A stretch of 64,000 nucleotides of DNA from an uncultured Actinomycetes bacterium (GCA_963757605.1 CAVWSF010000005.1:1587667-1651666); one strand, 5' to 3'. Counted from the stretch's first letter, positions 53,805-63,134 are shown. Numbers and translations: made by a program. Notes: generated by a model not told the origin, from the letters alone.

Positions 53805-54740
53805 TCACTCCTGCGGCGCCATGACGCGCGGCGCCCGGGCTCGCTGCGACCACACCACGCACGCGATCACCGCGAGGGCGACGAGGACGGTCGTCGGTGT
53901 CACGTCCTCGCCGAGGAACACGGCCGACCACACGAGCGTCAGGAGCGCCTGGAGCTGCTGCACCTGGCCGCCGCGGGCGATCCCCGCCAGCGACAGCCCG
54001 CGGTACCAGGCGAAGAAGCCGAGGTACATGGACGAGATGCCGAGCAGGAGCAGAGAGCCCCACTCGGTGGCGGTCGGCTCGGAGACGCCGCCCGACCACC
54101 AGAGGAGCGCCGAGGCCGGGATGGTCACGGGGAGCGCCAGCACCACGACCCACGAGATCACCTGCCAGCCGGGCATCGCCCGGGTGACCGAGGCGCCCTC
54201 GACATAGCACCACGACGAGGCGAGCACCGCCCCGACGACGAGGCCGTCGGCCACGAGGTCGCCGCCGCCGTCTCTGCCGCCGCGCGAGAGGGCAAAGGCG
54301 ACCAGCGCCGCCGTGCCGGTGCCGGCCGCCGCCCAGAACTGCCAGGTGACGCGCTCGTGCGTGCGAAGGACGGCGACGAGCGCGGTCGTGAGCGGCATGA
54401 AGGCCGCGATCACCGCGACGTGCGCCGAGGTCGTGCGCTCCAGCGCCAGCGCCAGCAGGATCGGCCAGCCGAAGACCGCCCCCAGCATCGTGTAGAAGAG
54501 CGGGCGAAGCTGCTGCGCGGGTGGGAGCGGCGCGCGGGCCGCCGCGAGCAGCCCCGCGGCCAGGACCCCGGCGATCACGGCGCGGCCGGTCGCGGTGAGA
54601 AACGGGCTGAAGCCGCCGACCGCCTCCTTCGTGAGCGGCACGGAGAACGAGAACATGACGACGCCCGCAAGCGCCCAGGCCAAACCCTCGCGGCGCACCG
54701 AGGCCGGTGCGATGACGGCCCCGGTCGTGGTGGCGTCCAT
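53805..54740 (-). CDS. DMT-superfamily EamA-like transporter
   Basis: 311 aa from ATG 54740 (MDATTTG), with ten TM helices in two EamA repeats. The upstream part of ORF 53805..54896 is Arg/Pro-rich junk. Confidence 0.8.
   Translation of the reverse strand: MDATTTGAVIAPASVRREGLAWALAGVVMFSFSVPLTKEAVGGFSPFLTATGRAVIAGVLAAGLLAAARAPLPPAQQLRPLFYTMLGAVFGWPILLALALERTTSAHVAVIAAFMPLTTALVAVLRTHERVTWQFWAAAGTGTAALVAFALSRGGRDGGGDLVADGLVVGAVLASSWCYVEGASVTRAMPGWQVISWVVVLALPVTIPASALLWWSGGVSEPTATEWGSLLLLGISSMYLGFFAWYRGLSLAGIARGGQVQQLQALLTLVWSAVFLGEDVTPTTVLVALAVIACVVWSQRARAPRVMAPQE
53809..53868. repeat. copy B of the ~59-nt dispersed repeat (partner at 48417..48475)
   Basis: Here the repeat encodes the last about 15 codons (VVWSQRARAPRVMAPQE*) of the EamA gene on the minus strand. 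Confidence 0.5.
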
Positions 54741-54832
54741 CGGCCCAGAGCGTAGCGACCACCCCGAGGGCGGCCGCTTCACTATGCTCTCCGCCGGCGG
54801 CCGACGGCCGCCGTGACAGGAAGGAGCCTGGC

Positions 54833-56344
54833 GTGTCGGACGAGCTCGCCGCCCGAAGCACCGGCCTAGGGGTGGGGTCATCCGGGTTCGTCGCAACCCA
54901 CGGCCTCCACACCGACGCCCAGCGTGACGCCGCCCGCGAGGTCGTCCGCCAGATCCGGGACGCGGATCTCCGCACGGTGCGGCTGGTGATCGTCGACCAG
55001 CACGGCATCCCGCGCGCGAAGTACCTCTCGGGCGACTCGCTCGCCTCGGCGCTCGAGAACGGCTCGGACTTCTCGGGCGCGATCTTCAGCCTCGACTCGG
55101 CCAACGGCGTCTTCCCGCCGGCGTTCGCGGCGGGCGGCGGGTTCGCCATCGACGAGATGACCGGCTTCCCGGACGTCACGCTCGTCCCCGACCCGGCCAC
55201 GTTCCGGGTGCTGCCGCACGCCGATCGCACGGGCTGGATCCTGTCCGACTCGTACTTCGCAAACGGCAAGCCGATCCCGCTCGACGGACGCGGGCTCCTG
55301 CGCCGCCAGCTCGACCGCCTCGGCGAGCGCGGCCTCGAGCTCTATGCCGGCATCGAGGTCGAGCTCTACGTGACGCGGCCGGTGAACGCCTCGGTCGGGT
55401 TCGACGAGACGGGACAGCCGGGCGCGCCGGGCAAGCCGCTCGAGGTCGAGCCGATCGAGCGCGGCTACCAGTTCCTCTCGGACAGCCGCATGGATGCGTT
55501 CGCCGAGACGGTGGAGGCGATCCGCGACGGGCTCACGGACGTCGGCATCCCGCCGCGCTCGATCGAGAACGAGTGGGGGCCGGGGCAGATCGAGATCACG
55601 TTCAGCCCGATGGAGGGCCTCGCCGCGGCCGACGCCATGATCCTCTTCCGCAGCACCGTGAAGGCGATCTGCGCGCGCCTCGGCCTGCACGCCACGTTCA
55701 TGTGCTGGCCGGCCCTGCCCAACTTCTTCCCGAGCGGCTGGCATCTCCACATGTCGATCCTCGAGCGGGACGGTGGCCGGAACGTCTTCATGGACGAGCG
55801 CGAGCTCCTGTCCCCGTCCGGGCGGCAGTTCGTCGCGGGGCTGCTCGACCACGCGCGCGAGATGGCGGTCTTCGGCGACCCGACGACCAACGCGTATGCG
55901 CGCTTCCGCCCGTACTCCTTCGCGCCGGACCGGATCTGCTGGGGCGGGGACAACCGCGGCGCGCTGATCCGCGTCCAGGGCGGCCCGGGCGACCCCGGCA
56001 CACACGTCGAGAACCGACTCTCCGAGCCGGCCGCGAACCCGTATCTGTGGCTCGCAGCGAACATCGCAGCGGGCCTCGACGGCATCGACCGCGGGGCCGA
56101 GCCGCCCGACCCCGTCGAGGGCGATCCGTACGTGGCCGACGCGCCGCTGCTTCCGCAGTCGCTCGCCGAGGCGGTCGACGAGCTCGAGGGCAGCGCCTTC
56201 TACCGGACGGCGTTCGGCGATCCGCTCCTCGACTACCTCGTGATGATGAAGCGCTTCGAGCTCAACCGCCTGAACGAGGCGGCGGGCGAGGACGGCTCCG
56301 GGCGGAGCGACTGGGAGATGCGCGAGTACTTCGAGTTCTGCTGA
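54833..56344 (+). CDS. glutamine synthetase-family ligase (gamma-glutamyl-amine synthetase type, GlnA3/PuuA-like)
   Basis: 503 aa with 'VRLVIVDQHGIPRAKY' (beta-grasp), 'EVELYV', 'ENEWGPGQIEITF', 'ATFM..P...SGWHLHMS', 'NAYARF' and 'WGGDNRGALIRV'. Confidence 0.85.
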   Translation: MSDELAARSTGLGVGSSGFVATHGLHTDAQRDAAREVVRQIRDADLRTVRLVIVDQHGIPRAKYLSGDSLASALENGSDFSGAIFSLDSANGVFPPAFAAGGGFAIDEMTGFPDVTLVPDPATFRVLPHADRTGWILSDSYFANGKPIPLDGRGLLRRQLDRLGERGLELYAGIEVELYVTRPVNASVGFDETGQPGAPGKPLEVEPIERGYQFLSDSRMDAFAETVEAIRDGLTDVGIPPRSIENEWGPGQIEITFSPMEGLAAADAMILFRSTVKAICARLGLHATFMCWPALPNFFPSGWHLHMSILERDGGRNVFMDERELLSPSGRQFVAGLLDHAREMAVFGDPTTNAYARFRPYSFAPDRICWGGDNRGALIRVQGGPGDPGTHVENRLSEPAANPYLWLAANIAAGLDGIDRGAEPPDPVEGDPYVADAPLLPQSLAEAVDELEGSAFYRTAFGDPLLDYLVMMKRFELNRLNEAAGEDGSGRSDWEMREYFEFC

Positions 56345-57159
56345 TGTGCCGGCTGCTCGCGCACGTGTCCCGCCGGCCGCTCACGGTTGCCGAGGCGGTC
56401 GGCGACGCCGACCTCGCCGCCTTCGCCGACCTGTCGCCGCGCCACCCCGACGGGTGGGGCATGGCGTGGTGGCCGGCGCTCGACGCGATCGCCGACGGCG
56501 CCGTCCCCGAGCGCCGGCGCGCGGTCGGAAGCGCCCGCGAGAACCCGGAGTTCACCGAGACCATGTGCGGCGTCGCCGGCTGCGCGAACGTCGTGCACCT
56601 GCGCGGCGCGACGCCCGGGCTCACGATCGAGCTCGAGAACTGCCACCCGTTCGTGCTTCCCGGGGCGGCCTTCGCGCAGAACGGCGCGATCCACCCCCAG
56701 CACCGCCTGCCCGAGCTCCTGCCGGCGGGCCTCGAGGCGGAGGTCACCGGCTCGACCGACAGCGAGCGCCTGTTCCTCCACCTGTACGACCGGCTCGCGG
56801 GCGGCCGGCCGTTCGCCGAGGTCGTCCGCGAGGCGCTCGCGGAGCTGCTCGAGCACTTCACCTCACCCGTCCTGAACTCGATGTACCTGACGCCGGAGCA
56901 CCTGCACGTCATCAACGCCCACAACCCGACCGCGCTGCCGTATCCCGGCGACCCGCACGACCTCTTCGCCCTTCGCTTCCGGCTGAAGGACGATCTCGTC
57001 GTCGTCGCGTCCTCCGGCTTCGACCAGCCCGAGTCGCGCGGCTGGCACACCCTCGACAACATGACGATCCTGACGGTGGCGCTCGACACGCTCGAGCTTC
57101 GCATCGACGCGCTCGACGGCGTCCCCGTCCCGTCCTACGACTACTCGGAGCGCCGATGA
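56344..57159 (+). CDS. class II (Ntn) glutamine amidotransferase-like hydrolase (YafJ/EgtC type)
   Basis: It starts 'MCRLLAH' (N-terminal nucleophile Cys2). 'DGWGMAW', 'HLRGAT' and 'NCHPF' are present. The ATG overlaps the GS-like stop (TGATG). 271 aa. Confidence 0.8.
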   Translation: MCRLLAHVSRRPLTVAEAVGDADLAAFADLSPRHPDGWGMAWWPALDAIADGAVPERRRAVGSARENPEFTETMCGVAGCANVVHLRGATPGLTIELENCHPFVLPGAAFAQNGAIHPQHRLPELLPAGLEAEVTGSTDSERLFLHLYDRLAGGRPFAEVVREALAELLEHFTSPVLNSMYLTPEHLHVINAHNPTALPYPGDPHDLFALRFRLKDDLVVVASSGFDQPESRGWHTLDNMTILTVALDTLELRIDALDGVPVPSYDYSERR

Positions 57160-57914
57160 GCACCCAGCGCGAGCGCGTCGTCCTCGTCACCGGCGCGGCC
57201 GGCGGCATCGGTGCCGCGTCGGCCCGCACGCTCGCCGCCGAAGGTGCCGCCGTGGTCCTGCACGACCTGCGCCGCGAGGGGCGGCTCGGGGAGCTCGCCG
57301 ACGAGCTGGGCGACGCGGCCCACGCGCTCACGGCCGACCTGACCGATCCGGCGGCGGCCGACGCGCTCTGGCGCGAGGCGGTCGCCTGGCGCGGCCACGT
57401 CGACGTCCTCGTGAACAACGCGGGGATCTACGAGGCGGCGGACCCCGACGGCGACCTCGCGGCGTGGCAGGCGGCGTGGGAGCGGACGCTCGCGATCTGC
57501 CTCGTCTCGCCGGCGGCGCTCTGCCGCGCGGCGATCGCGAGCTTCCGCGAGCAGCCCGGTGGAGGCATTATCGTGAGCCTCGCGAGCCGCGCGGCCTGGC
57601 GCGGCGAGGACGCCGAGTACTGGCACTACGCCGCCGCCAAGGCCGGCGTCGTCGCCATGACGAAGACCATCGCGCGGCAGTACGGCCGCCAGGGGGTGAC
57701 GGCCTTCGCGGTGGCGCCCGGCTTCGTCGACACGCCGTTCAACGCACCGGCCGTCGCGGAGCACGGCATGCAGCTCTTCGTGGACGACACCGCGCTCGGG
57801 GAGGTCGCCCAGCCGCAGGACGTCGCCAACGTGATCGCGTTCCTCGCCTCGGGCAAGGCGCGCCACGCCACAGGCGCCACGATCGACGTCAACACGGCGA
57901 GCTACGTCCGCTGA
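57156..57914 (+). CDS. short-chain dehydrogenase/reductase (SDR)
   Basis: 'VLVTGAAGGIGAA', 'NNAG' and 'YAAAKAG' are present. The ATG overlaps the upstream stop (ATGA). 252 aa. Confidence 0.85.
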   Translation: MSTQRERVVLVTGAAGGIGAASARTLAAEGAAVVLHDLRREGRLGELADELGDAAHALTADLTDPAAADALWREAVAWRGHVDVLVNNAGIYEAADPDGDLAAWQAAWERTLAICLVSPAALCRAAIASFREQPGGGIIVSLASRAAWRGEDAEYWHYAAAKAGVVAMTKTIARQYGRQGVTAFAVAPGFVDTPFNAPAVAEHGMQLFVDDTALGEVAQPQDVANVIAFLASGKARHATGATIDVNTASYVR

Positions 57915-57951
57915 GCCCGGCAGGCGCGCGGCCGCGTTCGCGGCGGGCCCC

Positions 57952-59337
57952 GTGCTCGCCGTCGTCGGCCTGAAGTGCGCGCTGGAGCTGGCCGTGGCCG
58001 GGCGGTACGGGTGGCATCGCGACGAGCTCTACTACGCCGTCGCCGGCATGCATCTGCAGGGCGGGTACGTCGAGTTCCCGCCGGTCACGGCGCTCCTGGC
58101 GGCGCTGGCCCGCGAGCTCTTCGGGTGGTCGCTCGTCGGCTTGCGGGCCTTCACGATCCTCGCGAGCGCGGGGACGGTCGTGGTCGGCGCCCTGGCCGCC
58201 CGCGAGCTGGGCGCGACGCGGCGCGCGCAGACGCTCGCTGCGGTGATCATCGGCTTCTCGCCGGGGATGCTCGCGACGAACCTGCTCTTCCAGCCGGTCG
58301 CCCTCGATCAGCTGGCGACGCTCGTCGTCCTCTGGCTGGCGCTGCGGCTCGCGCTGGGTCGCGGCTCGTGGCCCCTCCTCGGGGTCGCGGCCGGGATCGG
58401 GCTCGAGACGAAGTACACGCTCGCGGTCGTCCTCGTGCTCTTGATCGGGACGTTCCTCGTCTGGCGCCGCGACGTCCTGCGCTCGTGGGGGCTCCCGGTC
58501 GCGGTCGCGATCGCGGCGGCGCTGCTCGTCCCGAACCTCGTCTGGGAGGCGGGCCACGGCTGGGCGAGCGTTCACTGGTTCCTCGATCCCGCGGCGAGCG
58601 CGACCGACGAGTCGAGGCCCGTGTTCATCGTGAACGTGATCCTGCTCGCCGGGGTCGCGGCCCCTGTCGCGTGGGCCGGAGTTACGTCGCTCATCCGCGA
58701 TCGCGCCCTGCGGCCGCTGGGCTGGACGGTCGTGGGCACGGTCGTCGCCTACTTCGTGCTGGGCGGCAAGTCGTACTACGCGCTGCCCGTGGTGGTGTTC
58801 GCGTTCGCCGCGGGCGCGCCGGCGCTCGATCGATGGATCGCCCGCCGCCCGCGCCGGCTCCTGAAAGGCTCTGTCGCATTCGCCGGGGTGAGCATCCTGG
58901 TCCTCCCGATCGCACTGCCGGTGCTGCCGCTGCACACGGCTGTTGCGCACGGAGTCGTGAAGGCGCGCAGCGACTATCAGTCCGAGGTTGGCTGGCCCGA
59001 GTACGTGCGACTCGTGAAGCGGGAGTCCGCGGGCGCGGACGTGATCATCGCGAGCAACTACGGCGAGGCGGGCGCGCTCGAGGTGCTCGGCCACGACCTC
59101 CCACCGATCGCCTCGGCGGACGTGTCGATGCGCTACTGGCGTCCGCCGGTGACGGGGCGCAGTGCGCTCGTGGTCGGCTACTCGCAGGCTGCCGCCAGCT
59201 TCTGCGACGGCTATCGCCTCGTCGCGCGGATCTCATCGGCGAATGACAGCGACGAGGGCGGCGAGCCGATCGCACGCTGCACGCTCCGCGGCACCCTCGC
59301 CAGAGTGTGGCCGGCGATCGTGGCGACGGAGGGGTAG
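57952..59337 (+). CDS. GT-C fold glycosyltransferase (family 39/83, ArnT/PMT-like)
   Basis: 461 aa with about 10 TM helices. 'HRDELYY' (DE/DxD-like loop after TM1) and 'GLETKYT' are present, followed by a soluble C-terminal domain. The GTG 57952 start is uncertain. Confidence 0.75.
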   Translation: MLAVVGLKCALELAVAGRYGWHRDELYYAVAGMHLQGGYVEFPPVTALLAALARELFGWSLVGLRAFTILASAGTVVVGALAARELGATRRAQTLAAVIIGFSPGMLATNLLFQPVALDQLATLVVLWLALRLALGRGSWPLLGVAAGIGLETKYTLAVVLVLLIGTFLVWRRDVLRSWGLPVAVAIAAALLVPNLVWEAGHGWASVHWFLDPAASATDESRPVFIVNVILLAGVAAPVAWAGVTSLIRDRALRPLGWTVVGTVVAYFVLGGKSYYALPVVVFAFAAGAPALDRWIARRPRRLLKGSVAFAGVSILVLPIALPVLPLHTAVAHGVVKARSDYQSEVGWPEYVRLVKRESAGADVIIASNYGEAGALEVLGHDLPPIASADVSMRYWRPPVTGRSALVVGYSQAAASFCDGYRLVARISSANDSDEGGEPIARCTLRGTLARVWPAIVATEG

Positions 59338-59479
59338 TCGGGCGGAGAGGGCACCGAGATCGCCTCGAAGGTGACAACAACGCCCGTACCGCGCTCCGCA
59401 ACCACAAACCGCCAAGCGGCTACGAAGGCGGCGCTGGTGGCGGCGGCGGAACCTCGCGCGGCGCGGTGATGGTCCGCGT

Positions 59480-60543
59480 CTACGCTTTCCAGCGGAAGCC
59501 GGTGACGTCCGGGCGGGCCGCCAACGGACTACAGGGCAGGGTCCCCTGTGGGTCGTCCTCGTTGTAGGCGCTCGGCGCGACGTCGTTGGGTGCATCGGCG
59601 TGGAACAACGCCGCGAGCAGCTCGATCTGCCCGCGGCCCACGCCCAGCTCTCCGAAGCCGCCGCCGTACATCGGCCGCCGCTCCCGCGCGCAGCGCGCGT
59701 ACACCTCGAACAGCATGGGCAAGTTCCCGATCCGCCCCGGCTGACGTTCACCACGCGCCCGGCCAGCGGCGTCGCGCCGATGTCCTCGGCGCTTCGGATC
59801 GGCGCGTCTTAGGACACGCGCTCGAGGTGATCGGCGAGCCGCGGCGCGATCCCGGGCAGGTCGTGCGGGTCCTCCAGGAACGCGTCCGGGAACGCCGCGA
59901 GCACATGGTCGTACAGCGCGCCCAGCGCCTGGGGATCCTTGACCTCCAGGTTGTACTGACCCTTGAAGTCGATCGTGTCGACCGCGCCCGTTGCCGCGAC
60001 CTCGTCGACGAGCGCCGCCGGCCAGGTCGCCTCCGCGTCGAGCTTGAAGCGCACGCCGGGCGAGCGGGCGATCCGCCGTCGCAGCGGCTCGATCGAGGGC
60101 ACCTCGCCGAGGCCGAGCGAGTTGACGAAGCGCACCGGCTGAGGCTCCACCCCGAGCACATCGTGCAGCGATCTGCCCGCCTGGCGCAGCGCGAGGTCGA
60201 GCGCCGCGGCCTCGAACGCCCAGTTGCGCAGGCGCAGCGCTACGTCCCACTCCGGAGGCTCCGGCCACAGCTCGAGCGTGGCCAGATGCGAGGAGAAGCC
60301 CGCGAGCGTCCACTCGCCCTCGAGCGGCAGCGACGGCCGGGCCTCGTGCAGCGTGGTGCAGTCCTCGGCGAACACCGCGACGTCCTCGCCCAGCCCGTCG
60401 GCCCCGGCGCCGACGAGCCGCACCTGCGTCGTCGTGCGGTCGAAGTCGTACGCGAGGACGGCGTGGAGGCGGTCGTACTCGCACGCCTCGATCACGAGCG
60501 GCAGCTCCGCGAGCCGGGGCCATAGCGACTCGCTGCGACTCAA
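59480..60543 (-). pseudogene. enolase-superfamily-like TIM-barrel protein (weak family call) interrupted by an in-frame TAA (59809-59811) and a frameshift (about 59751)
   Basis: ORF 59809..60543 ends '...FLEDPHDLPGIAPRLADHLERVS*'. The same frame continues 'DAPIRSAEDIGATPLAGRVVNV'. Then 'PGRIGNLPMLFEVYARCARERRPMYGGGFGELGVGRGQIELLAALF...' continues in the frame of ORF 59480..60523. Confidence 0.55.
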
Positions 60544-61955
60544 GCGTGCGCCTCGGCCGTGCGGCGTGCGGTCGCCTCGGCCCAGCGTGTCGTGGAGACG
60601 AACGCGAGCACGAGAACGGCGGCGACCTCAGCGAGGATCATCCACCACGCCGGCCCTGCCGCGGTTGTGAAAGCGATCCCGCCGTCGAGGGCGGCGCTCC
60701 CGCCGGCGATCGCGCCCGCGAGCGCCACTCCCATCGTCAGGCCAACCTGGCGGCTGGTCGAAGCCACGGCGGCGGCGACGCCGGCCTGCGAGGCGGGCAT
60801 GCCGGAGACGGCGGTGTTGGTGATCGGCGGGTTCACGAGGCCGAAGCCGACCCCGAACACCGCGTAGGCGACGAGCACGTAGGCGATCGCGCTGTCCGCC
60901 CGAAGCTGGGTCAGCATCGCCGCGGAGGCGGTCAGCCCGACGCCGGCCGCGAGCAGCGGCGGCCGCGGGCCGCGGGAGCCGACGAGGCGGCCCGAGAGCG
61001 GTGCGAAGATCAGCACCATCGCGGCCATCGGCAGCATGCACAGGCCGGCCCGAAACGGCGAGAGCCCGCGCACGTCCTGCAGGTAGAGCGTGTTCAGGAA
61101 CAGGAACGCCCCGAGCGCCGCGAACGCGCACACGGCGATCGCGCTGGCGCCGGAGAACGGGGCGCTGCGGAACCAGCGCACCTCGAGCAGCGGCTCGCGC
61201 CGCCGCAGCTCGTACGGGATAAGGGTGGCGATTGCCAGCGCCGCCACGGCGAGCGCCGCCACGATCTCGGGTGAGGCCCAGCCGTGGTCGGGCCCCTCGA
61301 TGGTTCCGTACGTGAGCGACGCCAGGCCGACGATCACGAGGAGCTGACCGACGAGATCGACCCGGCGCGGCCGCTCGGCGCGCGACTCGGGCACGAACCG
61401 GCGGGTGGCGAGGAAGGCCAGCGCGCCGACCGGCACGTTCACCAGGAAGACGGCCCGCCAGCCGACGGCGCCGACCAGGGCGCCCCCGAGCACGGGCCCG
61501 AGCGCGATGCTGAGCCCGAACATCGCCGCGTAGACGCCGATCGCGCGGGCTCGCTCGGCCGGATCGACGAACACGTTTCGGATGATCGACATCGCCACCG
61601 GGCTCAGCATCGAGCCGCCGATCGCCTGAAGCACCCGAGCGGCGATCAGCACACCCTGCGTGGGCGCCGCCGCACACAGCAGCGACCCGAGCGCGAACAC
61701 GAGCAGGCCGACCTGGAACACGCGCTTTCGCCCGACGCGGTCGGCGGTGGACCCGGCCAGCATGAGCAGGCTCGCCAGAACGAGGGTGTACGCGTCGACC
61801 GTCCACTGCAGCCCTGCCAGCGAGGAGCCCAGGGAGCGGTGGATGGCAGGCAGCGCGATGTTCACGATCGTCGCGTCGAGCCCGACCATCAAGAGGCCGG
61901 TGGAGCAGATCACCAGCACCAGGTGGCGACGGCGCTTCGAGTTGATGTCAGTCAC
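60540..61955 (-). CDS. MFS efflux transporter, DHA2 (EmrB/QacA) type
   Basis: 471 aa with 'LMVGLDATIVNIALPAI', 'LQWTVDAYTLVLASLLMLAGSTADRVGRKR' and 'RVLQAIGGSMLSPVAMSII'. GTG start at 61955. Confidence 0.85.
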   Translation of the reverse strand: MTDINSKRRRHLVLVICSTGLLMVGLDATIVNIALPAIHRSLGSSLAGLQWTVDAYTLVLASLLMLAGSTADRVGRKRVFQVGLLVFALGSLLCAAAPTQGVLIAARVLQAIGGSMLSPVAMSIIRNVFVDPAERARAIGVYAAMFGLSIALGPVLGGALVGAVGWRAVFLVNVPVGALAFLATRRFVPESRAERPRRVDLVGQLLVIVGLASLTYGTIEGPDHGWASPEIVAALAVAALAIATLIPYELRRREPLLEVRWFRSAPFSGASAIAVCAFAALGAFLFLNTLYLQDVRGLSPFRAGLCMLPMAAMVLIFAPLSGRLVGSRGPRPPLLAAGVGLTASAAMLTQLRADSAIAYVLVAYAVFGVGFGLVNPPITNTAVSGMPASQAGVAAAVASTSRQVGLTMGVALAGAIAGGSAALDGGIAFTTAAGPAWWMILAEVAAVLVLAFVSTTRWAEATARRTAEAHA

Positions 61956-61990
61956 TGTCGTAGTGTAGCATGTCGATGACAGTCACTGTC
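61948..61990. promoter_or_regulatory. candidate TetR operator: two copies of CAGTCACTG-core palindrome in the divergent MFS/TetR intergenic region
   Basis: TCAGTCACTGTCG lies at 61948-61960 and overlaps the MFS GTG start. GACAGTCACTGTC at 61978-61990 is a perfect 6+1+6 palindrome, 20 nt upstream of the TetR ATG. Confidence 0.4.
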
Positions 61991-62009
61991 GTCACGAGAA
62001 TCGAGATCC

Positions 62010-62567
62010 ATGGCCCGCTGGCAACCCGACGCACGCGGCCGCCTCCGGCAGGCGGCCCTCGAGCTCTACGGCGAGCACGGCTTCGACCAGACCACGGTGG
62101 CGCAGATCGCCGAGCGGGCGGGCCTCACGGAGCGGACGTTCTACCGCCACTTCGCCGACAAGCGCGAGGTCGTGTTCGCGGGCGAGGTGCGGCGCGTGCT
62201 CGTGAGCACAGTCGCCGACGCGCCCGCGGAGATGACCGCGATCGAGGCGGTCACGGCCGCCCTCGACGCAGCCGGAACCGTGCTCGGCGAGCGCCGTGAG
62301 ATGACTCGCCGCCGCCAAGCCGTCATCGCCGCGAACCCCAGCCTGCAGCAAGGGGAGCAGATCAAGTACGCGGTGCTTGCCGACGACCTGGCTGAAGCCT
62401 TGCGCGGACGGGGCGTCGAGCCCCTTGCCGCCCGCCTGGCCGCCGACGCCGGCGTGGCCGTCTTCCGGGCCGCGTTCGAGCGCTGGCTCGACGAGGACGA
62501 GCACCGTGATTTCGGTCGGCTCGTCCGCGAAACGCTGGACCGGCTCGCCGCCGTCGTCAGCACCTGA
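62010..62567 (+). CDS. TetR-family transcriptional regulator
   Basis: 'LRQAALELYGEHGFDQTTVAQIAERAGLTERTFYRHFADK' is the canonical TetR HTH. 185 aa. Divergent from the MFS gene. Confidence 0.85.
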   Translation: MARWQPDARGRLRQAALELYGEHGFDQTTVAQIAERAGLTERTFYRHFADKREVVFAGEVRRVLVSTVADAPAEMTAIEAVTAALDAAGTVLGERREMTRRRQAVIAANPSLQQGEQIKYAVLADDLAEALRGRGVEPLAARLAADAGVAVFRAAFERWLDEDEHRDFGRLVRETLDRLAAVVST

Positions 62568-62628
62568 CGACGCAGAATCGTCACCCATGCAGCACGGTGT
62601 TCCCGCTGACAAGTGACGCGGAAGCTGG

Positions 62629-63045
62629 TTGGCTGTGTGCATGCCCTCCCGCTTCCCACAGTCCCGCGCTGACGCGTTCGCCGACCGGCTCGACGTCGGG
62701 CTTGACACCGGTGTCTGCCTCGCCTGCCTCGGCATGGTCTGCATGGCGATGGACGGCGGCGATCCGGCCGAGATTCGGCGGCAGCTGCGGGTGATGAGTC
62801 CCGAGCTCTGGATGGATGGGCTGGCCGAGCCCGCCCTGGCTGCGGTGCGGGCGGCGCATGGTCGCGGTGATCCTGACGCCCAGGCGGCGCTCGAGGAGCT
62901 CGAGCGCCGAGGCGGTCGCAGCACGGTTGCGCAGGCGATCGTGCGGCATCTGGCGGAGAAGCTGCGACGGCAGGTTCGCACGGAGTTGCGCGTCGAGGAG
63001 CTGGCCCGGCCGCGGCTGCGGCAGTCGCCACCGGAGTGGAACTGA
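62629..63045 (+). CDS. hypothetical protein (138 aa or shorter)
   Basis: The composition and codon bias look coding. No family was recognised, and the start is uncertain (several in-frame Met). It ends 10 nt before the tRNA-fragment repeat. Confidence 0.45.
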   Translation: MAVCMPSRFPQSRADAFADRLDVGLDTGVCLACLGMVCMAMDGGDPAEIRRQLRVMSPELWMDGLAEPALAAVRAAHGRGDPDAQAALEELERRGGRSTVAQAIVRHLAEKLRRQVRTELRVEELARPRLRQSPPEWN

Positions 63046-63055
63046 GGCCGGGCGG

Positions 63056-63092
63056 GCGGAGCGGCGCAGGAGTCGAACCTACCAACCATGGG
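63056..63092 (-). repeat. orphan copy of a tRNA 3' end (att-like direct repeat), 36/37 identical to 63964..64000
   Basis: The minus strand reads CCCATGGTTGGTAGGTTCGACTCCTGCGCCGCTCCGC. The upstream sequence (63093-63150) has no D-arm, anticodon arm or matching 5' acceptor strand, so this is not a complete tRNA. Confidence 0.6.
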
Positions 63093-63134
63093 GTTACCAA
63101 CAGCAAACAAGTGGTGACGCCGACTCTGGATAGG

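Noticed and set aside
59211-59405. The 64-codon minus-strand ORF (VAERGTGVVVTFEAISVPSPPDYP...) downstream of the enolase-like pseudogene.
   Set aside because: It overlaps the 3' end of the glycosyltransferase gene in antisense for about 127 nt. It has no SD or recognisable family. At best it is a gene fragment.
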